Below are positions 58,001 through 62,174 of a stretch of DNA of 64,000 nt, one piece after another. Position 1 is the first letter of the stretch; each line of letters opens with the position of its first letter. The position numbers and the translations under genes are program-made. This stretch comes from an uncultured Clostridia bacterium (GTDB taxonomy: Bacteria; Bacillota; Clostridia; Christensenellales; UBA1242): the NCBI GenBank assembly GCA_947627545.1, contig CANQWK010000002.1, forward strand, positions 39,864-103,863, written 5' to 3'. The notes under the pieces were generated by a model that did no database searches, was not told where the DNA came from, and saw nothing but the letters and a program-made list of their open reading frames with translations.

Positions 58001-61000
58001 CTAAAATATCAAACATACCAGATATAGACCCATCAACTGCGTATGTAATAGGCTGGCATCCTTATGCCTTTACAGTAAACACAATAGAAAACGAAAATTA
58101 TCAAGACGGCAAAACCAACTATGATTACGAAGACGGCATAGAAGATAGCGTATATCTAACCGCACAAGCCTACTATGTAAACCAAGATAATTTTGAAATA
58201 TCCTATTCTCGCGGCGGCGCCGAAGTTGGCGATGATGTTGAATATTCATATACTTATGATGGTATTTATGATAATGTAAATAGCACTTCAATATGGTTTA
58301 ATCAAAACTCAAACAGCCCATTAAACGAAAACTGCTTTGGTTGGGCAAAAGATTACACAATGTTTAAAATAATGCAACGCAGAATACCACAAGGAACTAA
58401 TGGCAACACTGCCGAATGGGATTCAATTGCAACGGTTTACGATGCAAGCCGAATTTCAACAGTTTTAACATTAACAAACGCATTTACATGTGATGCTAAA
58501 GATTCTCGAAAAATTCCTTATTCATATAAAAAAGTAATAGACCCAGAAAATCCAGAGAATCCACCAAAATATGAAATGGCAACCTCTTTGTTTGAAAATT
58601 ACGATAAAAATGGAAACGGCAACATAGGTAATTTAGTTGAAATCTTAGACAAAAATGAGAAAGATGAAGATAAAAAAGAATTGGCAGATTTTGCAAATCA
58701 CATATTCTACACAATTTATGAAACAAGTGATTTTGAATCAGGCAGCGAATTGTCAGAGCCAATTTTATACTCCCGCATGGGCATTGCTCGTATGTTAAGA
58801 GATGAAAACAATAAACCAGCCGAAAACCCAAAAGGTAGAGCGGTATATTATTATAATGGCGACCTAAAAAATGATAATTATAATGACAACATAAAAAATG
58901 ATAGTAAATCCCTAACTTCTTGGGGTGGCGTTGTGTATTATGAAATTGACGACAATTTTGAAGATACTTCGTTAACAAGTTTTGATTTCAGCAGTAATTT
59001 ATTTGATATTTTTATAGATCAAAATTTTGAAGAATGGAATATAAAAGATTCTTCACTAAATAAACTATATTTCTTAAATTTTGCCAGTGAAGATAATGCA
59101 TTTGAATCCATTACTGAATATTGGCCTCCTCCTGGAGAAGATGAACCTTATCTAAAATATCCAGTAACGATTGATTTTGAAGATAGAATACCAATGGATA
59201 CTTTATGTAATATAAGAAATAGTAAGAATAAATATGATGTACAGGATAATACTGGTGCAGTTAATCAAACACTTGAATTTGAATTAAATACTGAATTTAT
59301 ATATTTAGTAAATTTAAATAGAGGCGATGAAGTTCTAAATAATAAAAAATGGTTTAAATTTGAAACAATTTTCCAAAATCCTACTTCTTCATCATTAACA
59401 AATGTTGATTCACCTGATTATAGTTCAAAAGACGGCAATATTTTAAATGTAAATGGGTTTGTTTCATCAGCTTTGTATAATGAATTGAACAAAGAATCGT
59501 CTAAAACCTTTCACATAGAAAACAATACAGGTCTTTTGACCGGAGTATTTATTGTTTTGGGTGGTTTAATAGGGTTGCTAGGGTTATTAGCAGGACCTTG
59601 GTGGATTGCTGTTATTGGTGTTGCAGCAGGAATTATTGCAGGCGGTATTACAGGACACTTTGTAGGAATAGGTGAATATAATAGACTTGTAAATAAGTAT
59701 AAAAATAAAGTAATTGCCAATGACATAATTATGGATAAAACATTTACAAGAAATGGTTTATCTTATGGCTTGTTTGGTGAAACCTTTAATAGAGAACTTT
59801 ATTATGAATATGACGAAGCAACCGAAAGTTATGTTTTAAAAGCACAACCAGAAACTTACAAAACAATTAATGGCGAACAATATGTTTATTACAGTTCAAC
59901 CCGACCTAGAACTTTCTATGATGAATATTATATTTTGCGAAACATAGATGAAAATAAAGAACCTATAAAAGTGCCTAAAAGTGAAGTTACACCAGATGGT
60001 AATGGAGTATATACTTATAAAGGCACAAAATATAGCGGAATAGCAGACAAAGATGGTTATGTAATGACCAAAAACTTTGAGTATAGAAATGGTGTTTATT
60101 ATATCAACCTATATGGCACAGCAATAGAAAATATTCCTTATCAATATCCGTTTAATAGCAATGGATATAACGAGTCGCATTATGTAGATGCTAATGGCAC
60201 AATTTATGCTCAGGGCAAAGCAACACTAAATGAAGATGGGTCTATTTCTTATACCTTACCAAAAGTCGAACAAAAAGTCGATGGAAGCATTGGTAGTAAA
60301 AATAAGTTATATCTTGAAGGAAATTTAATAAAAAATATTTCAAGTAATGAAAACTATAAAGGAATAACCGAAACTGAATTTATGCAAAAATTTAGCGGAA
60401 TTACATTTAGATATAAAAGAAGAATGTATTATAAAAAAATTGATGAAAGTGAAATTTCATCGCACAGCGACAATTTTATAGTTCGTGCAGGTCAAACCCC
60501 TGGGTTGGAAGAAAATCGTTATTATTTTGGTTATGGATATATGAAGAATGCTTATTATACAGCATTGTCAAATGTAAAAACCGATGATAAAAAGCAAGGG
60601 TATTTTGTGCTTGTTGGCTTTACTGATAATGTTGGAACATATAATGGAGAAAAGTGTTACGGAGAATTTGGTATAGATTATTTACAAAAACAAATAACAA
60701 TAACATCTCAACATTCAGACGGAACGAGCGATAAATATAACATTACAGCTTATTATCAATTTGTAGGCACATCTAACGAAACTATTCAAGATAGTTTAAC
60801 AGAATACAACGAAATAGATAAAGCAAATGTTACTTATCAGCCTATTATTAATGAAGAGCATTATTCATCATCACCTTTAACAATTGAATGCAAAGATATA
60901 AACAATAAGCATTTTAGCATAAAAGATATTTTATTAAGAAAAGCAAATTGTTTGCAAGTTGGCTTATATCCACATTCATTTGAAAACCCTTACACTAACA

Positions 61001-62130
61001 CCAATGAAGCAATACCGTATGAATATTTAACATCAGAAAGCAATAATTTAACACAAAAAGAAGCAAATGTTAATTTATCTTTAGAGGGAACACAAGATGA
61101 AAATTATTATATTGCAATATCTATTGAATCTGAAAATATACCTAATGAAGATTTAAATAATTATGTTATTAAGAATGATGTTGAATATTTCTATTATGAA
61201 GGTGATTATGTTGCTTATTCAACTAATTATTTAAGTGAAAGCTTTACTAATAAATATGATTATGAATATTCAGGCAATTTAAAATTAGATGACAACGGAA
61301 ATGGTGTGGTGTTTAAGCATTATGCAAATATTTCAAACATAAAATTATCAAAAGAAGGCGAAGATAGTAAACAACATCAATATAATGAAACTAACCATGG
61401 GCATGAAATTGATGACGGCTGGCAAGTAGAAAGTTTTATTTATAGCAGTCAATTTAGCGATGAAAGTGATTCAGTTACCAAAATCAAGCAACTTGATAAT
61501 AACAACGATTTCCTTAAAAAATATAAAGTTGATATTGTTGAGAATTACACCAAGGAAAAAATTGAATCTAAATTATCAATAGATTTAGCAACTTTGGCTT
61601 TAAAATTCGCAGATTATAAATCATGGTATGTTTATGATGAAAGTATTGACCCTGAAAAAATTAATGTTGATTTATTTAAAGTAAGCAATATGTTTTATGT
61701 GAAATATGGAGGAAGAGCAACTACAGATTACTACGAACTATATATGAGAGATGACGATGTTTCAGTTAATAGTGGAATTCTTTCAAAATCATGGGCAGAT
61801 ACAGGTGGCGGAGATGACGATTATAATAGAAACAAATTTTTAATGAATAAAGAATATCAAATTTACACCCGTTACAAATTTGAAGATAATATACCTGTAA
61901 ATGCTCTTCAGGGATATAGTGGTAAAATCTTTCAAAATGGGTGTTGGAGTGTTATAGACAATGCAACACCTCAATATTATTTGTACTTAAAAGGGTCAAG
62001 TTATCCAAATAAAGAGAAAACAAATACTTATTTTGTAGAAAGTTTACTTGTAACTTTGGGCGGAAATGTTGATGTTACTTGCGATGTTAATAATATAACA
62101 ACTCACTCTGGTTCATTTACTGCTAAATAA
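40045..62130 (+). CDS. Giant lipoprotein (7,361 aa): about six cap+GLUG repeat arrays, double-TM hairpin, 818-aa Tyr/Asn-rich tail
   Basis: A 22,086-nt uninterrupted ORF. The lipobox is L-S-S-C24 (MKKKVLGILSCVFMLFVCLTLSSC). I count at least 50 GG(L/I/V/F)(V/I/A)G...I.N units by reading the translation. It has a GTGAGGGG SD, a consensus promoter and a strong terminator. Confidence 0.9.
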   Translation: MKKKVLGILSCVFMLFVCLTLSSCKGKYDKMQFQVLYAFSEDAETWLDGSNGIDVYYGQEEGLLPQQENGWAKLYIKIQISKVKSKYIDDIFVSSSTSNGMYLSNSKVKSGEVFSVEVKDKVSFVLSALETVSQKGTSVNVNASFPLEKIETNFNVNPAVVIGNSINLNEFNALTFYPINKTNQTSVNYEIKRVGYFINGEENNQFVGTANISGVSINNNILSLDSNFNFNAERYAIEIEAKSTYNANISSIFYVYAVTNDNNIPTVKYYNDNGLNNAEIDGNIMLYSGTKYSTASLIVGLENVNEVYKTGKYLLHNGVANIETQIFANKNSEPVNVQAQTQQEDLKFGLHFGLGSANNVYTITATSLSYMQDVVVDFKLAFSLLNFGSFNFNSNAKSITIQKGSLATGIKIGDNFYKNGENAEFEIYATNGKTNAVTLNLAAVSASNPLQKIYISKSNNLTVTPLVDESNPFVYTNGYINVNFTNSDNTGLGSIQLSTYANPETFQGLQLEAEPIVVNLQFKKIISANGFAVFKDNQFQTKIENRELLVGVGEENFFYLRVYYSNGEFNNESAKSVIINAGNEGVLLTNNGLTSNELTLNNVSEFGRGHEDNLGSEFYGDDYVQYRIAFANVDGSAKATNISITSGAGTLNMTSFNAVPVTISNGQFDVATSIATTDAVRMNNSSVANKHFYFATVFNKTINFDVFSNENNLGKDVNKLTIINQDNSTFENSNFTNNAVELSTISNYSFQVKTTTAGQTRVVKLAISYYYYDQENGCVLLRNDYDNRTPSTNDDAEILTLEFAVFVPITGFQITPNLSTLNYINKNIATNGDFSKYTQAEISYKAISNSITNSPTKVIYFTFGSGFVEENPNKIDLLFSQNIDHNSLEIFREVNGVRTAINVSSLTLDELEGKIVVLLRNESNISSLKLTFSPKIFNEIKTDSQSATINFQTCAAAQGVTISGENIINRVENSNYVTISFIDSMPNGSVSKQFFANAYYRDEDRNKLQLGLLDYSIENVNDPSIASEGISLTFENGVATISATNNGKNGGLYRISIFAPDSYVDNGTDTPYYSAINYVYLEISDGGKVSPYVLSSEADFAKIRNNNSLDKTTYYVLGADFTVNLNNLYSSIPESERFYEFFGNLSGNYVVYDANNVEYNFRYTITVILNSKVYDNLNNNYIGLFPKINNEAVVANLNLDVEYQLNDVTTSVGNVYIGGLAGVNDGTITNVDVNLKYNTNINLSNLGEVNLDLINFGGLVGQNSVNGKIDMQNSAVNCSRLIIYTKDKANLTHNIGLIAGENNSIIQGEYAGKPSLNNVAYTVVANLSIVASGRNAKINAGAVAGASGVTDRAGNVSLIQNVIVGGRISLDNAANNETYLGGIIGYSNNSTGVNKGIYTCAVLGLDLTNNSANGYVAGIAAALDNSTIDDVRIMSTYAKFNGFNSTGKISGANVVAGVVAKLSSSRITNASVESFIDAIDNETFYMLESATNNVYGLAYDDNTNSTISSCFINANIKNVNNDNAIYLTSNSNSEEYSYFLGKINGILDNLNIVKANANCSYSVVLDGDNMFYFNHISSNLEKCNEENLQDWLTFVKSAEFSNLTWEENNATNFKLDENKNIIKIGDVNYYFPYLVNNFGEPQMIERPSSIKAAFNSEYALYTNSHIVQSGNLVLDMEQIKNNLADIIFVNYFEFEDKSKNSESYNTHNLVNTNKENPNGLIDLEVLPNGTQGGVSFEILNILGFNNARIINSAEGHKIVFSAASGNLPIIVRAYSIFNPEAQCFVAMFSQNGISKLNISSTSTRVNEVVNQEVDYELTTYTNSAPLILNFEAENMFKGQKFKTIFDNLEDYSNYISIDWSKQDIGYEGEILTLNETTSKTSIQLEVGNDFDGYYFEEIITFSLKIDLQQYILGNGYEFNLLEGVEDAKYELAQVKLRVMVFKSTEKIEPNIEAKTLDSETPIALNVTLKTSYVEADEDNTLKNGGSKALSLLNILVDGQSINLNEQNKDSLILTFNKNKQNSQALQNLLQASGCDYVTDLFNLTNVTYKFYYENETINGESVSTLKGYVYTIEIELKQGYEFRHLIENVGLTLTINSTTNPNPSLDKLADLQPEIELTLTPTDFKSARIYNYAATDMQAAGTTNIVTSNSLDSNYISPAPNSYGSILAIHLQPNYSIIRNATLSSNSIKVPSLSNPVYLILTQVVPVENGLFQSIISKGGSTLTLNTSPEYVDNGIIYVHAEVSESFSGYSAPLTLTLTAEVGSVEQGTNRTITIEKQLLTTYLPGVYLSYNQDAKVPSENAYFIEEDSYYNTVGVTLYGYELQSSPNVYFVWNLSSFDNIPEEKRPFNYLTEGNYVDYSTIVDKNGKQYKIGDYVDHSDLNNFTNLHANRDGSFSFNFNVQMIDNEDPIPASFKLIAEFKFNENGDGDSKELVFYPVNYVFASQNAAYLSNMSNGNVYANVSALTPLEFVFKTTNADKDKSIDIYLDILKSFGYDGLDENKTAVAISKLKHAFSFTGTMAGYFDDENITAFKVLSQLEINKNEKNEKDSILIVLQGVAENQFSVTFRLNYAYIKENGMYKIAYGTENNFTGTNSLEFRFNLVIRVQTNLDAPIPLFHDNFVSKINEFAGSDFILMEDVELEDFTPISTNIASLDGNNKVIKIKSFAVSPDRTEYGLFANIGTFESGTETKTTILKNIIVDYSECVDLRLLRNTATEFVFGGLVATNNGGLIYNCDVMNINANNRTKDLNIYVSSAENANADNSILTLTFGGLVGVNSGNITNSRVGRLSYTKINCTIEGSTITESSDTDNANPINFILGKNLASSEAQSFKGIAGGFVGVNSGIIASSYFANAGLVNYSAVADHSNKTAGFVAENSGEIRFSYVKALENSINSGDATSAKIRCTGAAIEGKGNSNIAGFVYTNSSIIENCFANTELKTTSSYSAGFVYENLNGAEINMCYAACSTSQNNIVENALNEQPFVGVNAENTLLSNGKLSNCYYLEETGSIYTLPNNLENLPQAVALNAENFSNQNNLNNFVFIKSDYNESIRNQGVWTYYPVGSSQKHILPELTSANIVAHSYRMLMGEENNVYQYTYSTNYSLGGVNNPYTISNANEFNLVFAGEISNNSHKKENSIGYFRMINNINFENVAILTRSNFMLGDDNNLTSFEGNGMTISNIYLDVLNLVKDEGGNALEKVGLFAEMNNTYFKNVNLEYISLTDSEQNPTVPIKYSGGLAGVIKNSAIINVKLVGNNTTIAGSNFVGGVAGLVSGTSFIYNVSSNLGAVSDSYPDNSLYYNEADYTKMQNNNLINRQISYNDYTNKLSYAGGIAGVLDLQTRENLEYNISNVDVYGNNMTNRTSGNIVGNFAGGIAGFASADTVALKLRFYVGTSTSIVGLHAAGGLYGVGVGRGKQNVSLTASQVTEEENIRYSYDTNYGNYIINLEKNGSASLSNTGNQTLLTTEGFAGGLVGISIAQTFESCYAKSSVNTARDFGGTIGLSVGSTLSHVYAVPYVNLTNNLITNVGGLIGVGYGINNSATSYSTYTNYAKYLLNINDKNTDVIYTFSTLLIDNNQLSQILAGEIVENGQTVKIMENGKFVKNINYLAGQYLFNNNKDCFVNSNNSLITNGNLSVYVGKVNNYAKIEDTNVINHTVGEAINLSELFNLEDVDQPVLFKNMFGEWPTRYWLLDNEKYFPLLIKEDVLNYIIIDEYTDFDILVSNPDKNFKIVKDINMAEWSGHGNWIFDINFTGTLIGEPSQGNTAIPTVYNLHVETTLNDRTAGLFMQTTGATIKDINWVWTSWSTGSDNGAIDDTNTPSLTTIGGVSCEDYSSKFNNLNVYVGSYTERSSTPQSSLNPYLINNLDEHKITGFGGIVGIGENSSIENCSFNGKIKANLNNAGENVYFGGIAGRATKNSAAVDNFGAGYQKRSIIMNSSVGNHPNFNTQFDITLGKNSKSFVGGAIGYVYNSAINNVNVGEINNFKLNVNLYNFNSIMVAGLIGYEQNSSITDSNAIGEINFLETINNEEETNGSLYAAGLVSQAEQSVNSTDSGFINSSANVNINLTKLNITNVYVSGGIASASSASTLEIRQCVFAGKIYSEQENANSSEGEENSTAWLKNVYAAGVVAVQSGISVSGNLSLKETVSATDITIGTALSQDTANTGTTTIYMGGFVGKANGNVTLQNSITIGKCVPITSRLNENDGGGETEAYNIYIGGFVGYADKVNFANSISTTSIIADSINSLSIRDLHIHALLGDIASKDSNAIICNNVFYSSDIALFPEDLCLTASNRSAVSLTKNSAWQSELITSGYWTNTTTNAMLGLPTLSNGNIIDKLRSYNVLIGQGNSGVQYSLGSAANPEMKDWSDIKTNGSALANKFYILQDAGQSDEQNIIDLSGVELNGVLIAVDSVFTITESNASQQNGYAGIFSQIMPHSAISNLHVNVVGNLQINADKAAGIIAGYNSGVMFNCSVQGSGINVGGSNLGLIAGRNAGLVSYCFSSAEIVSTSTNVSGIVYSNVDKILSCYFTGYIDNSINAVGIVMENSTGSTDVYEQGKTPYVYNCYMAGVIVNVQNNNAFVGDTNGLILDNKAIGSRNYVDINVNGTEIEQKVKASNNAGKDVICLSTIDTHILMANTDKSTNILEGNWLTAAETRLWNSTEQYYINIQATSYGYNYLYPVYNFNKITANGNNTDYIKLFQLYTGTGGDGYVLDLNFKSNHDVALAENQKSNKDCIIEGPESGSDYYLHALKIPHLGVLKAVQGIATTFVTISNSPELFFPDLNYVLIYDINGKFNSTDTNAEDYEWTAVGSQNSNGFMANFGKSIQFNGLFVSNKYYNYGKIEANSKDNLCTIQNLANQGLFDNINRAYFGYFILGNFTNLKNSGALGVAVHSQIEEQTVMETVVENVYFQEAAIYTAADTSDNYISAMFGEVGGTDNDGSTANIKIKSCGFIKSDNANPNYVTLANGNYMGLIVGKFTNGYLEFKEGNIFAVNFAAKANKNSYAGGVVGLMENGTIAGAYTTTNNSQTKDDSNSKTTNTIITIANLTTGNQLYLDYSGGVKQGGIVGIAAKNSNLAANNTSEISGIEILLPNEYFALGFGGLIYENNNSHIKFANVNIGLTDSTQHLTLTLTGSNNFFGFVAAEMNAEDKQSTTLGVEVENFKFNGSTNSGDASNASSITVEVKLQNRGKFTSDKIEIDTQGFGGLVGALRGGFIKFSTGDAGFKPNLKVRSANVGGIVGCYSGGLIGIENSNNNYYVTLSGYYNVGGAIGYFAAGSLNNLLLGDKNSRWNFLNNSSAFAEINSFDKADLSADNYFANWGGLIGYFNSFENLSIAPDVSDGEKSDGIVNNNNIYIGTMEHDTSSNKTVSANPVLENVGGVIGKVSADEQINISYLTNNGEINEVKQQGNNDIGNVYHKFEQDEEIYLVKFSAKSKTQNDNYIFALLATNVGGVVGKLENATISNLSAKGSTVFGYKNVGGLIGYAYNVYTSENISVGANAVVVGVINVGGAIGEVSYDKNVEIKSGNGICNVNVEKGAKIYGNYNVGGLVGFLVNGTIENCTVGAEVKTNGNQSGQEVQADTQEPSQDANQNVTIKGIYFAIINFATSEYSGFTEADGTNINKEACFFPTNVGGLIGSTQAGQNVETKLFIIANNKLNNIIISSSLEGQVAIAESSEQTSTSVPVYNESTVISTISNAVLNENVTNNLSTLVQNRTDKGKFKSTIVSTYLQDFETAKTGFGGFIGSTEASAMLTTANQNVMSNVKIDASLGINVGSFYGYYNANKSYDVNNSLRTIITPKLNGDVSVTGAYFVGGIAGSIKAEDETISFNSNTKAGDISTDNSTPPTIYIQTGEYNIGMYVGGLFGNLNGKANGLKIDNSNGNSIQFRINNINSFYTGGLIGRLEGVLGDKDTSIDTNIVNAIYKQKVGDNSVETNKGGAFALIDYTESKTDSDANGNATKEPIDIKSSQATENFGGLVGMLKKPKISNIPDIDPSTAYVIGWHPYAFTVNTIENENYQDGKTNYDYEDGIEDSVYLTAQAYYVNQDNFEISYSRGGAEVGDDVEYSYTYDGIYDNVNSTSIWFNQNSNSPLNENCFGWAKDYTMFKIMQRRIPQGTNGNTAEWDSIATVYDASRISTVLTLTNAFTCDAKDSRKIPYSYKKVIDPENPENPPKYEMATSLFENYDKNGNGNIGNLVEILDKNEKDEDKKELADFANHIFYTIYETSDFESGSELSEPILYSRMGIARMLRDENNKPAENPKGRAVYYYNGDLKNDNYNDNIKNDSKSLTSWGGVVYYEIDDNFEDTSLTSFDFSSNLFDIFIDQNFEEWNIKDSSLNKLYFLNFASEDNAFESITEYWPPPGEDEPYLKYPVTIDFEDRIPMDTLCNIRNSKNKYDVQDNTGAVNQTLEFELNTEFIYLVNLNRGDEVLNNKKWFKFETIFQNPTSSSLTNVDSPDYSSKDGNILNVNGFVSSALYNELNKESSKTFHIENNTGLLTGVFIVLGGLIGLLGLLAGPWWIAVIGVAAGIIAGGITGHFVGIGEYNRLVNKYKNKVIANDIIMDKTFTRNGLSYGLFGETFNRELYYEYDEATESYVLKAQPETYKTINGEQYVYYSSTRPRTFYDEYYILRNIDENKEPIKVPKSEVTPDGNGVYTYKGTKYSGIADKDGYVMTKNFEYRNGVYYINLYGTAIENIPYQYPFNSNGYNESHYVDANGTIYAQGKATLNEDGSISYTLPKVEQKVDGSIGSKNKLYLEGNLIKNISSNENYKGITETEFMQKFSGITFRYKRRMYYKKIDESEISSHSDNFIVRAGQTPGLEENRYYFGYGYMKNAYYTALSNVKTDDKKQGYFVLVGFTDNVGTYNGEKCYGEFGIDYLQKQITITSQHSDGTSDKYNITAYYQFVGTSNETIQDSLTEYNEIDKANVTYQPIINEEHYSSSPLTIECKDINNKHFSIKDILLRKANCLQVGLYPHSFENPYTNTNEAIPYEYLTSESNNLTQKEANVNLSLEGTQDENYYIAISIESENIPNEDLNNYVIKNDVEYFYYEGDYVAYSTNYLSESFTNKYDYEYSGNLKLDDNGNGVVFKHYANISNIKLSKEGEDSKQHQYNETNHGHEIDDGWQVESFIYSSQFSDESDSVTKIKQLDNNNDFLKKYKVDIVENYTKEKIESKLSIDLATLALKFADYKSWYVYDESIDPEKINVDLFKVSNMFYVKYGGRATTDYYELYMRDDDVSVNSGILSKSWADTGGGDDDYNRNKFLMNKEYQIYTRYKFEDNIPVNALQGYSGKIFQNGCWSVIDNATPQYYLYLKGSSYPNKEKTNTYFVESLLVTLGGNVDVTCDVNNITTHSGSFTAK
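59533..59673 (+). other. Predicted double transmembrane hairpin inside the giant ORF (aa 6497-6517 and 6521-6543)
   Basis: The sequence is LLTGVFIVLGGLIGLLGLLAG-PWW-IAVIGVAAGIIAGGITGHFVGIG. It forms two ~21-23-residue hydrophobic, Gly-rich (GxxxG-type) segments joined by a Pro-Trp-Trp turn. Confidence 0.7.
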
Positions 62131-62134
62131 CAAT

Positions 62135-62165
62135 AAAAAATCTCGTAAAATTACGAGATTTTTTT
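62135..62165. terminator. Bidirectional intrinsic terminator shared by the giant ORF and the convergent lipoprotein gene
   Basis: tctcgta (62141-62147) pairs with tacgaga (62152-62158). An A run lies on the left and a T run on the right. Confidence 0.85.
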
Positions 62166-62174
62166 AAGTTTAAT

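Noticed and set aside
40278-59726. About fifteen minus-strand ORFs of 60-160 aa in the supplied track lie inside the 7,361-aa gene. Similar ORFs lie inside the 2,961-aa gene (29910..37400).
   Set aside because: All are antisense to a far longer ORF with clear domain content. They have low-complexity or Cys/Leu/Phe-rich translations typical of antisense reading of GGC/GCA-rich codons, and they lack SD sites.
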